DNA of 54,852 bases, from positions 15,537,364 to 15,592,215 of the forward strand of contig NC_068987.1 in the NCBI RefSeq assembly GCF_001194135.2. Direction: 5' to 3'. Below, one piece after another: positions 26,960-39,620 of this stretch (position 1 is the stretch's first letter; every line of letters begins with the position of its first letter). The stretch is from Octopus bimaculoides. Its lineage: Eukaryota. Under the pieces are notes generated by a model that made no database searches, was not told where the DNA came from, and saw nothing but the letters and a program-made list of their open reading frames with translations. The translations under genes were made by a program, and so were the position numbers.

Positions 26960-28279
26960 TTATATGTATATATATATATATAAACATAAACATGCCCACA
27001 CATACACATGGAAAATATTGTGAAAGTTTTGGGTGTAATATATCAAATACGGACTGTTAATAATGATATGATTTATTCTTTCTGATACTGTCTTTTAATT
27101 ATCATACAAATTATTTTCTTTTCTTCTTTTTTTTCTTTTTTTTTTTTGTGGCATGGAAAAAAGCTAGCTTTTTTGAATAAAGATTGTTTTTTATTTATAT
27201 TTCTTTCCACTGAAAAGGTTTAATTTGCTTTGGAGTNNNNNNNNNNNNNNNNNNNNNNNNNNNNNNNNNNNNNNNNNNNNNNNNNNNNNNNNNNNNNNNN
27301 NNNNNNNNNNNNNNNNNNNNNNNNNNNNNNNNNNNNNNNNNNNNNNNNNNNNNNNNNNNNNNNNNNNNNNNNNNNNNNNNNNNNNNNNNNTATATATTGA
27401 TGTAATGAATATAGATATACATATGGACATGCATAAGTCTACATATGTTTTTGTTAAACCATGAACAAGATATTATCACAATTTTGTTTTTTGTTTTACA
27501 TTTCAATCCTTTAATTTTCTTAAGTAAATTCTTACGTAATCAAAATTCCAAAGTACATAAATTTAAAAAAGAAAATGCAATTTAGGCTATTTTCAAAGAA
27601 CTTCATATACATTTGGCGATCATTTTTGCAGTAGATATTCTGACAGTAATGTATAGTCATGAAATATTTTCCAACTTGTTAACATATTGTTAATAACATT
27701 ATGTTAATGATTATTCATTTCTTTTTCTTTTTTTTAATTTTATTTCATTAATTCTCTTCTTTATTTTTTTTTTAATTAATTTCTTATTTCTGCAGATGCC
27801 TCTCCTTTTCAGTCTTATTTTCATTTAATTATTTTTTACACATTGAAGAAAACAAAGTTTATATATATATTGCAATCTAAATTATTTCAAAGCGTAAAAT
27901 TGTTTGCTTTGGAAGGGTTTGTTTCCATTTTTATCCATTCTTTTTTCAGATTTTTATTTCTATTTTTAATCAGTTCTTCCAACTGATTAATTCATATGCA
28001 ATTAATGTTCTTCAATTTAGTTAAAGCAATTCTCAGTAGTGGCAGAGACCCACGTTTGAATTTGAATTTGTACGATAGCAAACAAAAAGGCAATAATTTC
28101 TGTACAAGTATATACAATAATAAATGACAATTTATTTCATTTTTTCAAACCATTGTCTTTTCTGTCTTATTTTTGTCTTTCATACTTCTTTACTATATAA
28201 CATCTCTTCTCATTTATTCTGTTGTTTCATTGTTATTTTTATTATTTATATTTTCCCATCTATTTTTTTTTCCATGATA

Positions 28280-28400
28280 GGACATGTTTAATGATCAGAC
28301 TGCCTATGGATTCCATCTGTCTGTCATTGCTTGGATCGGTGATTTCCTATCAGATCAAACAATTATGGTGTGTGTGTGTGTTGATCGATCTTTCATACCA
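28280..28400 (+). mobile_element. CR1/L2-like reverse transcriptase fragment
   Basis: AYGFHLSVIAWIGDFLSDQTIMVCV resembles the YGI.G..L.WI.SFL..R.Q.V RT motif. Confidence 0.5.
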
Positions 28401-28516
28401 CTCTACTCTAGTGCAGGGCCATGTTAACAACATTATGGGCCCCTGGGCAAACCAGTGCACTGGACCCTATAGCATTCATTTTTTTTTTCACAGACTACAG
28501 CATGTGTGTGTGTGAA

Positions 28517-28843
28517 GGCACATGGCTCAGCGGTTAGAACATTGGGCTCTCAATCATGAGTTAGTAAGTTTGATTCCTGGACCCGGCTTTGTGTTGTGTT
28601 CTTGAGCAAGACACTTTACTTCACATTACTCCCATTCACTCAGCTGTAGAAATGAATTGCAGCATCACTGGTACCAAGATGTATCAGCCTTTTCCTTTCC
28701 CTTGGATAACATTGGTGGCATGGAGACTGGAGGCTGGTATGCATGGGCAACAGCTGGTCTTACATAAACAACCTTACCTGGACTTGTGCCTCAGAGGGTA
28801 ACTTTCTAGGTGCAATCCCATGGCCATTCATGACCAAAGGGGG
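28517..28843 (+). mobile_element. tRNA-derived SINE (family D)
   Basis: TGGCTCAGCGG A box, GTTTGATTCC B box, then ttgagcaagacact...cactcagctgtagaaatga; a related fragment lies at about 585-750. Confidence 0.7.
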
Positions 28844-28846
28844 TCA

Positions 28847-28886
<40 letters not shown>

Positions 28887-28887
28887 A

Positions 28888-29990
28888 TGTGGTCTGATCA
28901 ATAAGTATCAAGACTGTTGCCATAGTAATGAAGCTAAAGCACACAGAGTAAAGCTGCTTTACATAGATTGACCTTGAACTCTGCTGTGCATGTGCACTAA
29001 GCTTTAACATTCTAGCTCACTTCTGCTGTTTACAGCAGTGCTTGGAAGGAATGTGTGTAGTGTGTGATCGTCACAGTGTCCATGACAGAGAAAGTTGAGC
29101 AGAGAATCTGCATTAAATTTTGACAAGAGCTTGGCAATAACTGCTCAGAAGCCTACGCAAAGTTGCAGAAAGTGTATGAAGAGGAGTGTATAAGCTGAGA
29201 AAATGTCGATAGGGCTGAACGTTCTGGGAGATCCACAACCAGCAGAACTGAGAAAAACATCGCAGATATGCATACAGTTCTGAGGGGAAATCGTCAACTC
29301 ACCATCTGTGAGTTATCAAAGGATGTGTAGATTAGTTACGGTTCAGTTCTGTCCATTATCACTGAACATTTGGGTTTAAGACATGTGTCTGCCAAGTTTG
29401 TGCCAAAACTGCTTTCAGCTAGCCAAAAAGACACTCGGGTTTCAGTTGCACAAGATCTCCTTGATTGTGTCGAGAACACTGAAAACTTTTTGAAAACAAT
29501 CATAACAGGTGATGAATCGTGGGGTCTATGGCTATGACCCCGAAACAAAGACTCAGTCTTCACCGTAGAAGATCCCAACCTCTCCAACATCGAAGAAAAC
29601 AAGAATGAGTCAAAGTAATGTGAAGACACTGTTGACTATTTTCTTCAAGTACAAGGGAATTGTTTATCATGAATATGTTCCGCCAGGGCAAACAGTAAAC
29701 AAGGAGCACTACCGTGATGTTTTGTGGGGTACTATTTGTCAGAAAAGGCCACAATTGCATGCGTCTGATGAGTGGCAATGCATCTTCCCATTCAGCACAG
29801 TTAGTTATTGTTTTTGTCTAGGCACAGCATTTCCCAGGTCCAACAGCAACCATATTCCCCATGTCTTGCCCCTAGTGACTTTTTCTTCTTTTCAAAAATC
29901 AAATCCCACTCGAAAGGAAGATTTCAAGATGCCATTCAAAACACGTTGTATTTCACAAACAATACACAATGCTTCAAGCGAACTACATTA
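28888..29990 (+). mobile_element. Degenerate mariner (DD34D-type) transposon
   Basis: TA followed by left TIR tgtggtctgatcaataag. Frameshifted transposase motifs MTEKVEQRICIKF, ITGDESW(VYGYDPETK), KGIVYHEYVPPGQTVNKEHY and QPYSPCLAPSDFFFF. Right end not seen (adjacent gap). Confidence 0.92.
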
Positions 29991-30539
29991 CTCTCCTACA
30001 TATATCTNNNNNNNNNNNNNNNNNNNNNNNNNNNNNNNNNNNNNNNNNNNNNNNNNNNNNNNNNNNNNNGCGTGTGTGTGTGTATACACATATGTGTGTG
30101 TGTACCTCTGTGTTTGTCTCCCACTACCACTTAACAACTAGTGTTGGTTTGTTTACATCCCCATAACTTAGCAGTTCAACAGAAATGACCAACAGAGTAA
30201 TTATTGGACTTAAAAATAAGTACTGAGCTCAATTTATTTGGCTAAAACTCTTCAAGGTGGTGCTCCAGCATGGCCACAGTTTAGAGCCTAAAACAAGTTA
30301 CAGATAAAAAAAAAGATACACATAGACAGACTGTCACCATCATTATTAGTCTCTATAAGACAAGAGAGTGACAGATCTATTAATAAAAGCACAGCTGGTA
30401 GAACAAGTGCTAAGCAATAATTTTTCTTTTTTACTACCAATCATTGTATGTCTTAAAATAGAACATGATCCAGCTTACCTCCCTTCTTTTCACACACACA
30501 TATGCATTCATATAAACATATACAAACACACATACGTAT

Positions 30540-30591
<52 letters not shown>

Positions 30592-30953
30592 NNNNNNNNN
30601 NNNNNNNNNNNNNNNNNNNNNNNNNNNNNNNNNNNNNNNNNNNNNNNNNNNNNNNNNNNNNNNNNNNNNNNNNNNNNNNNNNNNNNNNNNNNNNNNNNNN
30701 NNNNNNNNNNNNNNNNNNNNNNNNNNNNNNNNNNNNNNNNNNNNNNNNNNNNNNNNNNNNNNNNNNNNNNNNNNNNNNNNNNNNNNNNNNNNNNNNNNNN
30801 NNNNNNNNNNNNNNNNNNNNNNNNNNNNNNNNNNNNNNNNNNNNNNNNNNNNNNNNNNNNNNNNNNNNNNNNNNNNNNNNNNNNNNNNNNNNNNNNNNNN
30901 NNNNNNNNNNNNNNNNNNNNNNNCATGAGAACAACAACAACAGCAGCAGCAGC

Positions 30954-30999
<46 letters not shown>

Positions 31000-31780
31000 A
31001 ATAAACTGAAATAAAGAAATGTTTTAAAATGAATAAACAGTAATTTTTTTTAAAGAAAGAAATAAAGAAAGAAAGAATGAAAGAAAGAAAGAAAGAAAGA
31101 AAGAAGATGGAATGTAATAAAAAAGGGTAAAATTTTTGAATTAAAGACAAATCAATAAAGTAAATTAGTAGAAAACTAATTTCCTTTGACTTTTTTAAAG
31201 ACTCCATCAATTATTTGTGGCAGCAGGAGTTTTTCTTTGCTTTCTATATTTTTTTAACTCTTAGTTAGGGTTTGTATTAACAATTTCTTTTGCTCATATT
31301 TACCGACTTCTTTTTCTTTTGTTTTTCATGAATTTAGAGTTAGTTTGGGGGACTGATAATAATTTTATAGTATTTTATAGCATTTTTTTTTTTGTTTGTG
31401 TATGTATGCACATGTGTGTGTGTGTGTTTGATTTGTGGTCCTTATTTTCACATATTCTTCTATGAGGACTTACCGTTTGCTATTTTGGTATTAATGCCAC
31501 AAATTAAATTTTGACCCTAAATAGATGACTTTTATTGGCATGCGTTGCTCACCAATGCTGTCAAACCTCTGGCCCACAGATATTGTACTCTATTCTCATT
31601 CTGCCTCATCTACTGTTATTTTGGTAACCACTGCTCCTTTAGAGCTGGCCTGTCTTAGTCAACCTCTGTTAACCCTTTAGCATTCAGATTTCTATGTCAA
31701 ATGTATTGCTTATTTATTGCCATTGTTTTGAATTAGTCGTGTATTATCTTGTAGCTTTAAGATTTCAGTTATGGGATTAC

Positions 31781-32203
31781 TCTACTCTTTTACTATTTTA
31801 CTTGTTTCAGTCATTTGACTGTGGGCCATGCTGGAGCACCGCCTTTAGTCGACAAATCGACCTTGGGACTTATTCTTTGGAAGCCTAGTACTTATTCTAT
31901 CAGTCTCTTATGCCGAACCGCTAAGTTACGGGGATGTAAACACACCAGCATCGGTTGTCAAGCGATGTTGGGGGGGAGGGGGTGACAAACACAGACACAC
32001 AAACATATACACATACATATATATATATATATATATACATATATATGACAGGCTTCTTTCAGTTTCCATCTAACAAATCCACTCACAAGGCTTTGGTCGG
32101 CCCGAGGCTATAGTAGAAGACACTTGCCCAAGGTGCCATGCAGTGGGACTGAACCTGGAACCATGTGGTTGGTAAGCAAGCTACCTACCACACAGCCACT
32201 CCT
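31781..32203 (-). mobile_element. Family A SINE, near full length, nested in a TTAA MITE
   Basis: Reverse complement of 36234-36628; splits the MITE at 31673-32322 into two halves. Confidence 0.88.
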
Positions 32204-33359
32204 GGATTGCTTACTTTTAGAATGAGTTTGTAAAGTAAATGCAAGAGACTGCATTTGGCCAGTTTGAACATAAAACTGGTAGAATATGTTGGCTGGATAT
32301 GACCGGTTTAAATGCTAAAGGGTTAAAGTATATTAGATTCAATTAACTCTATCCCTTCTCTCACTTTTTCATTAATTCAAAGTGAGTTTTGGTAACTGGT
32401 GATAATTTTATATTAATTTTTGAATTTTTTGTTTTTAATGTATAAATATAATTGTGGAGGGTGCACGTAAAAGCACCCATTACACTCTCGGAGTGGTTGG
32501 CATTAGGAAGGGCATCCAGCTATAGAAACTCTACCAAATCAGATTGGAGCCTGGTGCAGTCATTTGGTTCACCAGTCCTCAGTCAAATCGTCCAACCCAT
32601 GCTAGCATGGAAAGCAGACGTTAAACAATGATGATGATGATGATGATGATGATGCATTATCTTTTAGCTTCAATATTTCAACAATGCTACTGTTCACTTT
32701 CAGAATCACATTGTAGAATAGGTGTTAAAGGCTGGATCTGGCTGATTTAAACTTAAAACAGGTAGAATATTTGGATTGGGTATAGCCAGTTGAAATGCTA
32801 AAGGGTTAATCCCTAAACAGATGGCTTTTATTCTCAGAAGTTGCCCACCAAATATATTGATAAACCCTGTTCCTCAAAAACTGACTGATCTTATAAACCT
32901 CTATTAAAACTGGCATTCCATCAGTTACGGTGATGGGGGTTCCAGTTCATCCAGTTAATGAAATGGAATGGCCTGCTCGTGAAGTTAACATGTAAGTGGC
33001 TGAGCACTCCACTTAAACCAGTAAAAAATAAAAGCCAACAAAATATTCTGGAAGAGATCAACCATCTCTGCTTTCTTGCACACACACACAAAAAGTAAAA
33101 TAAAAACCCTGGCAGACCAATAAATTGATGCAGTCTAACTAATAATAAAAGTTAAAAATAAAATATATCAAATATTCATTTACTTAATTATAAAATCTAC
33201 TAATGACTGCTGCAGCATTTTTTTTGTTTGTTTTTTTGTTTTGTTTTCCATTCTCTACCAGTTTCAGTCAAACTGTGTAACCCATGCCAGCATGGAAAGC
33301 AGACACTAAATGATGATGATGGATGCTTCTGTAACTTTGCTTTTTTCTAAGTAGGGTTA

Positions 33360-33530
33360 CTGGACCTGCACAAAATCTATTTTCACATCTGAGAAGAGGT
33401 GGTCCATATTAGTCTGGTCTCTATCCTTTGACCTGTCCAGCATGGCCCTACCAGGAGCATGCACTCTACTAGCATAGTTCTTGGGGTTATTGAGGCACAC
33501 AAAGGACCACACGGAAACAAGGACTCAACC
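33360..33530 (+). mobile_element. RTE-type LINE 3' UTR fragment
   Basis: ctttgacctgtccagcatggccctaccaggagc...ctagcatagttcttggggttattgaggcacac resembles recalled RTE 3' ends. Confidence 0.55.
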
Positions 33531-33956
33531 TTGTGGTGGATTGTACAGTCTACCTAGGTACAAATAAGTAAACTGGGATAGATTGGAAGCATGAAGTAGC
33601 ACAATTTATCAATGTATACTGTAGTAATGGGAATAGTATCAGCTGTTTCTATCCTCAATTCATTTATCTCCTCAGATCATGCAAGCAATTGTAACCAAGT
33701 CTCTCTCAAATTACACCCATCACCTTAAAAACAAAGAAGACGACATTGAATAATGCAGACCCTAATATAGAAAAAGATGGCATGATAACAACTGAAATGT
33801 CTTAGCTATTGGGTTGCATAATGAGGAACGGTCTAAGAATAAACAACATTTTGTAGCAGAAGGACACATGAGACCTTCAGAAGAATTCCTATTGTTAACT
33901 AAACTGTAAAAAAAAAAGTCTTTTAAGAAAGGATAACAGTCTTAGCTATTGTTTAA

Positions 33957-34176
33957 CCCTTTAGCATTTATATTACTCTGTCAAATGTAAAAGTTATCCA
34001 TTCATATTGTTTTAAACTAATCATGCATTATCTCATAGCTTTAATATTTCAATGACGTGATTGTTTATTTTTAGAATACCATTGTAGGATAGGTGTGAGT
34101 GTCTGGATCTGGCCAGTTTGAACATATAACAGGTAGAATTAGTTAGGCCAGACATGGCTGGTTTAAATGTTAAAGG
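33957..34176. mobile_element. P1 TTAA MITE inserted in a minisatellite
   Basis: TTAA flanks; ataacagtctt units on both sides. Confidence 0.85.
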
Positions 34177-34560
34177 TTAAATAACAGTCTTTGTTTTTGT
34201 TTCAGTCACAATCTTAATTACTGTACAATAGTCATAACAATGATTCTGATAACTATCTTAGCTCCTGCTTCAATAACACTTTCTGCTACTGTTTCAACTA
34301 CAATTATTGTTATTTAAATATCAGTCTTAGATATTGTTCATATGACAGTTATTATGACTGTTTCAATAAGAGTTTTCGCTTCTGCTTAAATAACAGGCTT
34401 TGTTACGATTTCAATAAGAAACATTGCTACTGTTTAAACAAGGTTTTGCTGCTGTTTAACAATTTTTGCTCCTTTTTAAATAACAAGCTTTTGTTACTGT
34501 TTCAATTACAATCATTGCTGCTGTTTAAACAACAGTTTTTGATAGTATTTCACTAACAGT
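34177..34560. repeat. Degenerate about 24-nt minisatellite (gctactgtttcaataacagtctta)
   Basis: Recurring tgtttcaata/tgtttaaata; stop codons in the periodic frames on both strands. Confidence 0.75.
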
Positions 34561-35449
34561 TGTTCTGTTCAGTAAGCACTCAACATATCTGATTCCTGTA
34601 TAAAGGTTGGGTTGTAATAATTAGGTGAATCTTTGTCTGCATACCTGACACACTGCATCAGTGATATGTATTGATTACTTTAGGGCAATACTTGAATGCT
34701 ACTTCAAGGGATTCTTCTATCATCTCCTGCATCAATTGATGAGACCTTTGAGAGCTCTCTCACAAGGGTTGGGTTTGTTTATTTATTCATTTATTATTTT
34801 ATTGAAATATTTGCTTGTCATTTTTTTTGTCTGCTCTCTTCTAATGAAACACTCAATAAGTACACATGCATCCGCATGTATCTGCATATTCATCACACAC
34901 TTAAAACATATACACTCGCAGGTATGTGATTACATAGGAAATGTTTCCTAATTGTTTTTGTTTTTAATTATTATATTCATTTAAAATGCTAAGTTAAAGG
35001 TGGGGCAATGAGGTTTTAGTAGTACGTGACTTTTTAATGAGCTGTTATGTTTGTGAATGCATGTGTGTGTGTATGTGAAATATTGTACAAATATATAGTG
35101 TCACAGCTATAATACAAAGCTTGGCAACTACACCTCTCATATTCACAAACACACGCACACACACACACATCTAATTAATTTACAAACCTAAAAGAGAAAG
35201 AAGGAGGCGCAATGGCCCAGTGGTCAGGGCAGCGGACTCGCGGTTGGAGGATTGTGGTTTCGATTCCCAGACCTCTGTTGTATTCTTTCGCCCCAACTTT
35301 CTCTCACTCTTTCTTCCTGTTTCTTGAGTAATGTTGCGATGGACTGGTGGGGACACATACACCATAGAAACCGGGAAACCACGCCCATGAGCCTGGCTAG
35401 GCTTTAAAAGGGCGCAAAAGGAGAATAGAGAGAGAAAGAGACTTAAGAT

Positions 35450-35705
35450 CAGTGGTTCTTAATCATTCTTTAGCTATGGACCACTTTCATTCCTATTTTA
35501 CTCAGGTAGGCTCTCATAGCCATTCAATGTTTAAAAAAACCCATTGTACTTTTTATAATTAAATATTATTAGGAATTGTATAAAAACATTGTTAAAATAA
35601 TTTGTGCATTGTAGAAGTAAGACCAATTTATTGCACATAATTTTAACTACAAAATCTCATATAGACCCCACCAAGGGTCATATGGACCCCAGTTGAGATC
35701 CATTG
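35450..35705. mobile_element. hAT-like MITE
   Basis: TIRs cagtggttcttaa / caatggatctcaa; degenerate TAGA-type 8-bp flanks. Confidence 0.6.
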
Positions 35706-36233
35706 TCTTAGATGGTCACTCAACTTGGTGAGAAGTATCGACAGTATCTTTAGACTAGCTGGCCCCATGCCATCAAAAATGATGGCTAATTGTAGTATTT
35801 GTTACTGAAAGAATGCTAGTTTGAACATACAAACATCCACATACTTCCCTTGTACATGCACACACATACACACATATACTCACACAGAGTTGAAACGCTG
35901 TTTGATTTTTCTTTTCAGTGTTGAATGTTCGCCATCCCACTTCCATTGCGCACACACACACAATGTACGTATGTATGCATGTATAAGTCTATGTGCATGT
36001 GTGTTTGTGTTTATCCCCCACCACTACATACAAGTGGTATTTGTTTGTTTATGTCCCCATAACTTAGCAGTTTGGCATAAGAAACTGATAGAATAACTGA
36101 CAGGCTTTAAAAAATAAGGACTGCAAGTTGATTTGTTTGACTATACTGAGATACCACTTCAGCATAGTCATGGTCCAGTGACTGCAACAAGCAAATGATA
36201 AAGATTAGAAAAATTAACTAATTACAATTTTTA

Positions 36234-36628
36234 GGCATAGGAGTGGCTGTGTGGTAAGTAGCTTGCTTACCAACCACATGGTTCTGGGTTCATTCCCACT
36301 GCGTGGCACCTTGGGCAAGTGTCTTCTACTATAGCCTCGGGCCGACCAAAGCCTTGTGAGTGGATTTGGTAGATGGAAACTGAAAGCCCGTCGTATATAT
36401 GTGTGTGTGTGTATATGTTTGTGTGTCTGTGTTTGTCCCACCTAGCATTGCTTGACAACCGATGCTGGTGTGTTTATGTCCCCGACACTTAGCGGTTCAG
36501 CAAATGAGGCCGATAGAATAAGTACTAGGCTTACAAAGAATAAGTCCTGGGTCGATTTGCTCAACTAAAAGGCAGTGCTCCAGCATGGCCGCAGTCAGAT
36601 GACTGAAACAAGTAAAAGAGTAAAAGAG
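36234..36628 (+). mobile_element. Near full-length tRNA-derived SINE (family A, CORE-like centre)
   Basis: A box TGGCTGTGTGG, B box GGTTCATTCCC, CORE-like accttgggcaagtg, internal (TA)/(TG) tract and (TAAAAGAG)n tail. Other copies or fragments at about 1945, 5975, 9760, 19960, 30120, 36030, 41282, 45050, 46420, 48040, 51150, 51900 and 53425. Confidence 0.88.
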
Positions 36629-37113
36629 AGAATATATATTTTTTCATATAAGTATATTCTATTTTAAAAATAAAAGAAAAAAATTGGTGTAATTATATTA
36701 CAAAAAAACGAAGTAGGAAAATCAAGACATGATCTGAGCCAACATATATTGGTCAATGTAGGAGCTACTAAACCAAATTCTATTGGCCTTCATAATAATT
36801 GTACACATGTGTAATTAGAGCTGTTTCTTGATTAATCTGATATGCCATTGTGCTATAATGAATCCAGGCAGCAGATGTCTTCTCGCTAAACTGTTTGTAT
36901 AGCCATTCCTTTATATAAAGAACTATATCAGATATCAATCTCCTTCAATTCACTGAGATAATTACTTACATATTTTATGACACATTAACTAATTAATGTG
37001 TTAATGAGCTAAGATATAACAAAGGAAATATATTTATTAAGAATGAACAAAAAAAAAATCTGGAATAAAGGAAAAAGATAACAAAAGTGATGAAGACATC
37101 TGTTTACATATTC

Positions 37114-37557
37114 TTTTCTACTCTAGGCACAAGGCCCGAAATTTTGGGGGAGGGGGGCCCAGTCGATTAGATCGACCTCAGTATGCAACCCTGAAAGGAT
37201 GAAAGGCAAAGTCGACTTTGGCAGAATTTGAACTCAGAACGTAAAGACAGATGAAATACCGCTAAGCATTTTGCCTGACGTGCTAACATTTCTGCCAGCT
37301 CACCGCATTCATAAGCGAAATATTATTATTAGTATTAGTATTAAGGCGGCGAGCTGGTAGAATCTTTAGCACGCCAGGCAAAATGCTTAGTGGTATTTCG
37401 TCTGTCTTTACGTTCTGAGTTCAAATTCCACCAAAGTCAACTAAGCCTTTCATCCTTTCAGGGTCAATAAAATAGGTACCAGTTGCATACTGGGGATCAA
37501 TCTAATTGACTGGCTCTCTCCCATCAAATTTCAGGCCTTGTGCCTATAGTAGAAAGG

Positions 37558-37596
<39 letters not shown>

Positions 37597-37827
37597 GTTC
37601 AGTAGTTTTATTTTTATAACGTGCTTTCACTTCACTACCGAGCGCAGCTCTGTGCACCTTGGGTATGTGCTGTGGTGCTCTTATGTTTACTGTATTGAAA
37701 GTGTTTTGTGTAGAATGTGTGCAGTACCCAGTAGTGCAATTTTCTGTATGTTATATATATTTGTAAGTCCTGGTATTTTTGTTATGTATTTGTCTGAATA
37801 TTTATTATTGTTATTGTTATTGTTATT

Positions 37828-37865
<38 letters not shown>

Positions 37866-38325
37866 AAAAAAGAAGGTGGTAAGCTGGCAGAATCATTAGC
37901 ACGCTGGACAAAATGCTTAGCAGTATTTCGCTTGCCTCTACATTCTGAGTTCAAATTCCGCCAAGGTCAACTTTGTCTTTCATCCTTTCGAGGTTGATAA
38001 ATTACATGGTCGATGTAATCGATTAGTCACCTCCCATGAAATTTCAGGCTTTGTGGCTATAGTAGAAAAGATTATTATTATTATTATCATTAAGGCAGTG
38101 AGCTGGCAGAATTGTTAGCATGCTGGACAAGATGTTTAGTTGTAGTTTGCTCATCGCAGCATTGAGTTCAAATTCCACCGAGGTCAACTTTGCTTTTCAT
38201 CCTTTCATGGTTGTTAAATTATGTACCAGTGAAACACTGGGGTTGATGTAATTGATTTATCCCTTCCCCCTAAATGGCTACCCTTGTGGCAAAATTTGAA
38301 ACCATTATTATTATTATTATTATTA
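37114..38325. mobile_element. Cluster of family B SINEs: one - copy (37114-37306) and three + copies (about 37346, 37872, 38092) with (ATT)n tails
   Basis: Same unit as 25075-26575. Further copies at about 403-465(-), 2560-2790(-), 12890-13110, 13500-13720, 41885-42110, 48450-48660(-) and 50060-50200(-). Confidence 0.88.
37600..37800 (-). mobile_element. R4/Dong-type 3' end, 5'-truncated, within (TAA)n
   Basis: KYITKIPGLTNIYNIQKIALLGTAHILHKTLSIQ*; the 3' UTR is homologous to that of the 13740 copy; flanked by (AAT)n. Confidence 0.85.
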
Positions 38326-38999
38326 GTCAAGAGTTAAATCATTTAACCAATCAATTGTTTGATTAACTGTTCAATCAATTGTTCAGCTGGTTTGTCAGAC
38401 TTCTTTTGTTGCAATTTGTGACCCCCATCATTGACATACCCAAGTAACTCCAGGTCAGTCTTATTACCACCAAACTTTAGTTTTGTCATGCATGAGTGAA
38501 AGAGTGAGTGAGCATGCATGATGTGTTGGGGTGTTTTTATGGTTAGTATCTCTATAAGCAGATTCTGTGTATGTATGTATATGTACATGTGTGCAAGTCA
38601 GTTTGTGCGTGCATACACATGCCTTTTGTCACTTTTTGCCGTTGTTTTTTATGGATCATATTTTACAACTTATGGCTGTCAGATTTGTATTCTTATCTCT
38701 TAGATCTGAAGGGAATGAATACATGAAGTCACATATATAATAGAAAAATGGCTGACACTAAATAGCAAATACGAGAGAAATAACAATTATCCAACCACCA
38801 CCAACACCATCACCAACCTCCAAACATAAATTCCCTCACCATTATATAGAACTGTGGGTGTTGTGTGTGTGTGTATGTGAGCATGTGTTTGAGAGGTCAT
38901 GTGCTGGTTTGTATATATATAGATATATATCATCACCATCATCATCATTTAATGTCCTATTTCCATGCTGGCATTGATTGGATGGTTGTATATATACAC

Positions 39000-39620
39000 T
39001 TTTGAGGGTGGGTGAACAAAAATTTGTTTTGGAGTTCAGAAATATCTCCAGATGAAGGGGATTCTTCAGGATCATCCATTTCTCCATTAAGCAGAGCATA
39101 CAACCTCTGCTGCAGCTAAAATACTGCCTACATTTTCCAATCCTCTTCCAGTTGATCTTCATATATCACCGCTTTTTCCTTTAACAATCAAATGTGTTTA
39201 GTTGATGTTGTGACACTTCACCTTTCCAGATATTAAAGGAGAACCTGTAGTTGTTCAGTGAGGTCTTGAAGGGGTCTTCTGTTACTCCAACATATCGTTG
39301 CACTTGTATTGTCATACTGGGATCCTGGGTACAATTTCCACTTCATACACAACAATTCCTGTATCAAATTGGCTATTAAACAGTCATGTGTTGTTACCTC
39401 TGCATAAACAATCTACCTCTGTGCTTGATTTATGGCATTTAGCTAGGATCTGTTTCATATTAGGAATTGTCTTTCAACTATAAGGTGACTTCACTTGGAT
39501 TGCTTTATAGAGAAGTGGAAGTCTTCTCTTAAGTCATTCTTAATCTTTCTTAGCAAATATTTACTAAATTGATCTCTGGTTTAAAGGGGTTTATCAAACG
39601 ACACTTGGGGCTGGAGGCGA
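39000..39620 (-). mobile_element. Penelope-like element remnant (GIY-YIG endonuclease region)
   Basis: With frameshifts and stops: PNMKQILAKCH, GIVVYEVEI, RYVGVTEDPFKTSLNNYRFSF and INWKRIGKCRQY...GCMLCLMEKWMIL...FLNSKT, matching the PLE YIGxTE..FK and WxI...CxLCLxEK..LN motifs. Confidence 0.85.

Noticed and set aside
31474-31620. Minus-strand reading ...GEQRMPIKVIYLGSKF with donor GTAAGT at 31473
   Set aside because: Stops flank it in frame. The YLGS word hints at a decayed RT, which also weakens the + strand exon candidate at 31525-31623.
36790-36950. About 55-codon minus-strand open frame (RLISDIVLYIKEWLYKQFSEK...)
   Set aside because: No convincing acceptor or homology, and a length expected occasionally by chance.
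38440-38485. GGNKTDLE on the minus strand resembling the small-GTPase NKxD motif
   Set aside because: Needs a frameshift to give LVGNK, and no G1/G3/G5 motifs lie nearby; likely chance.
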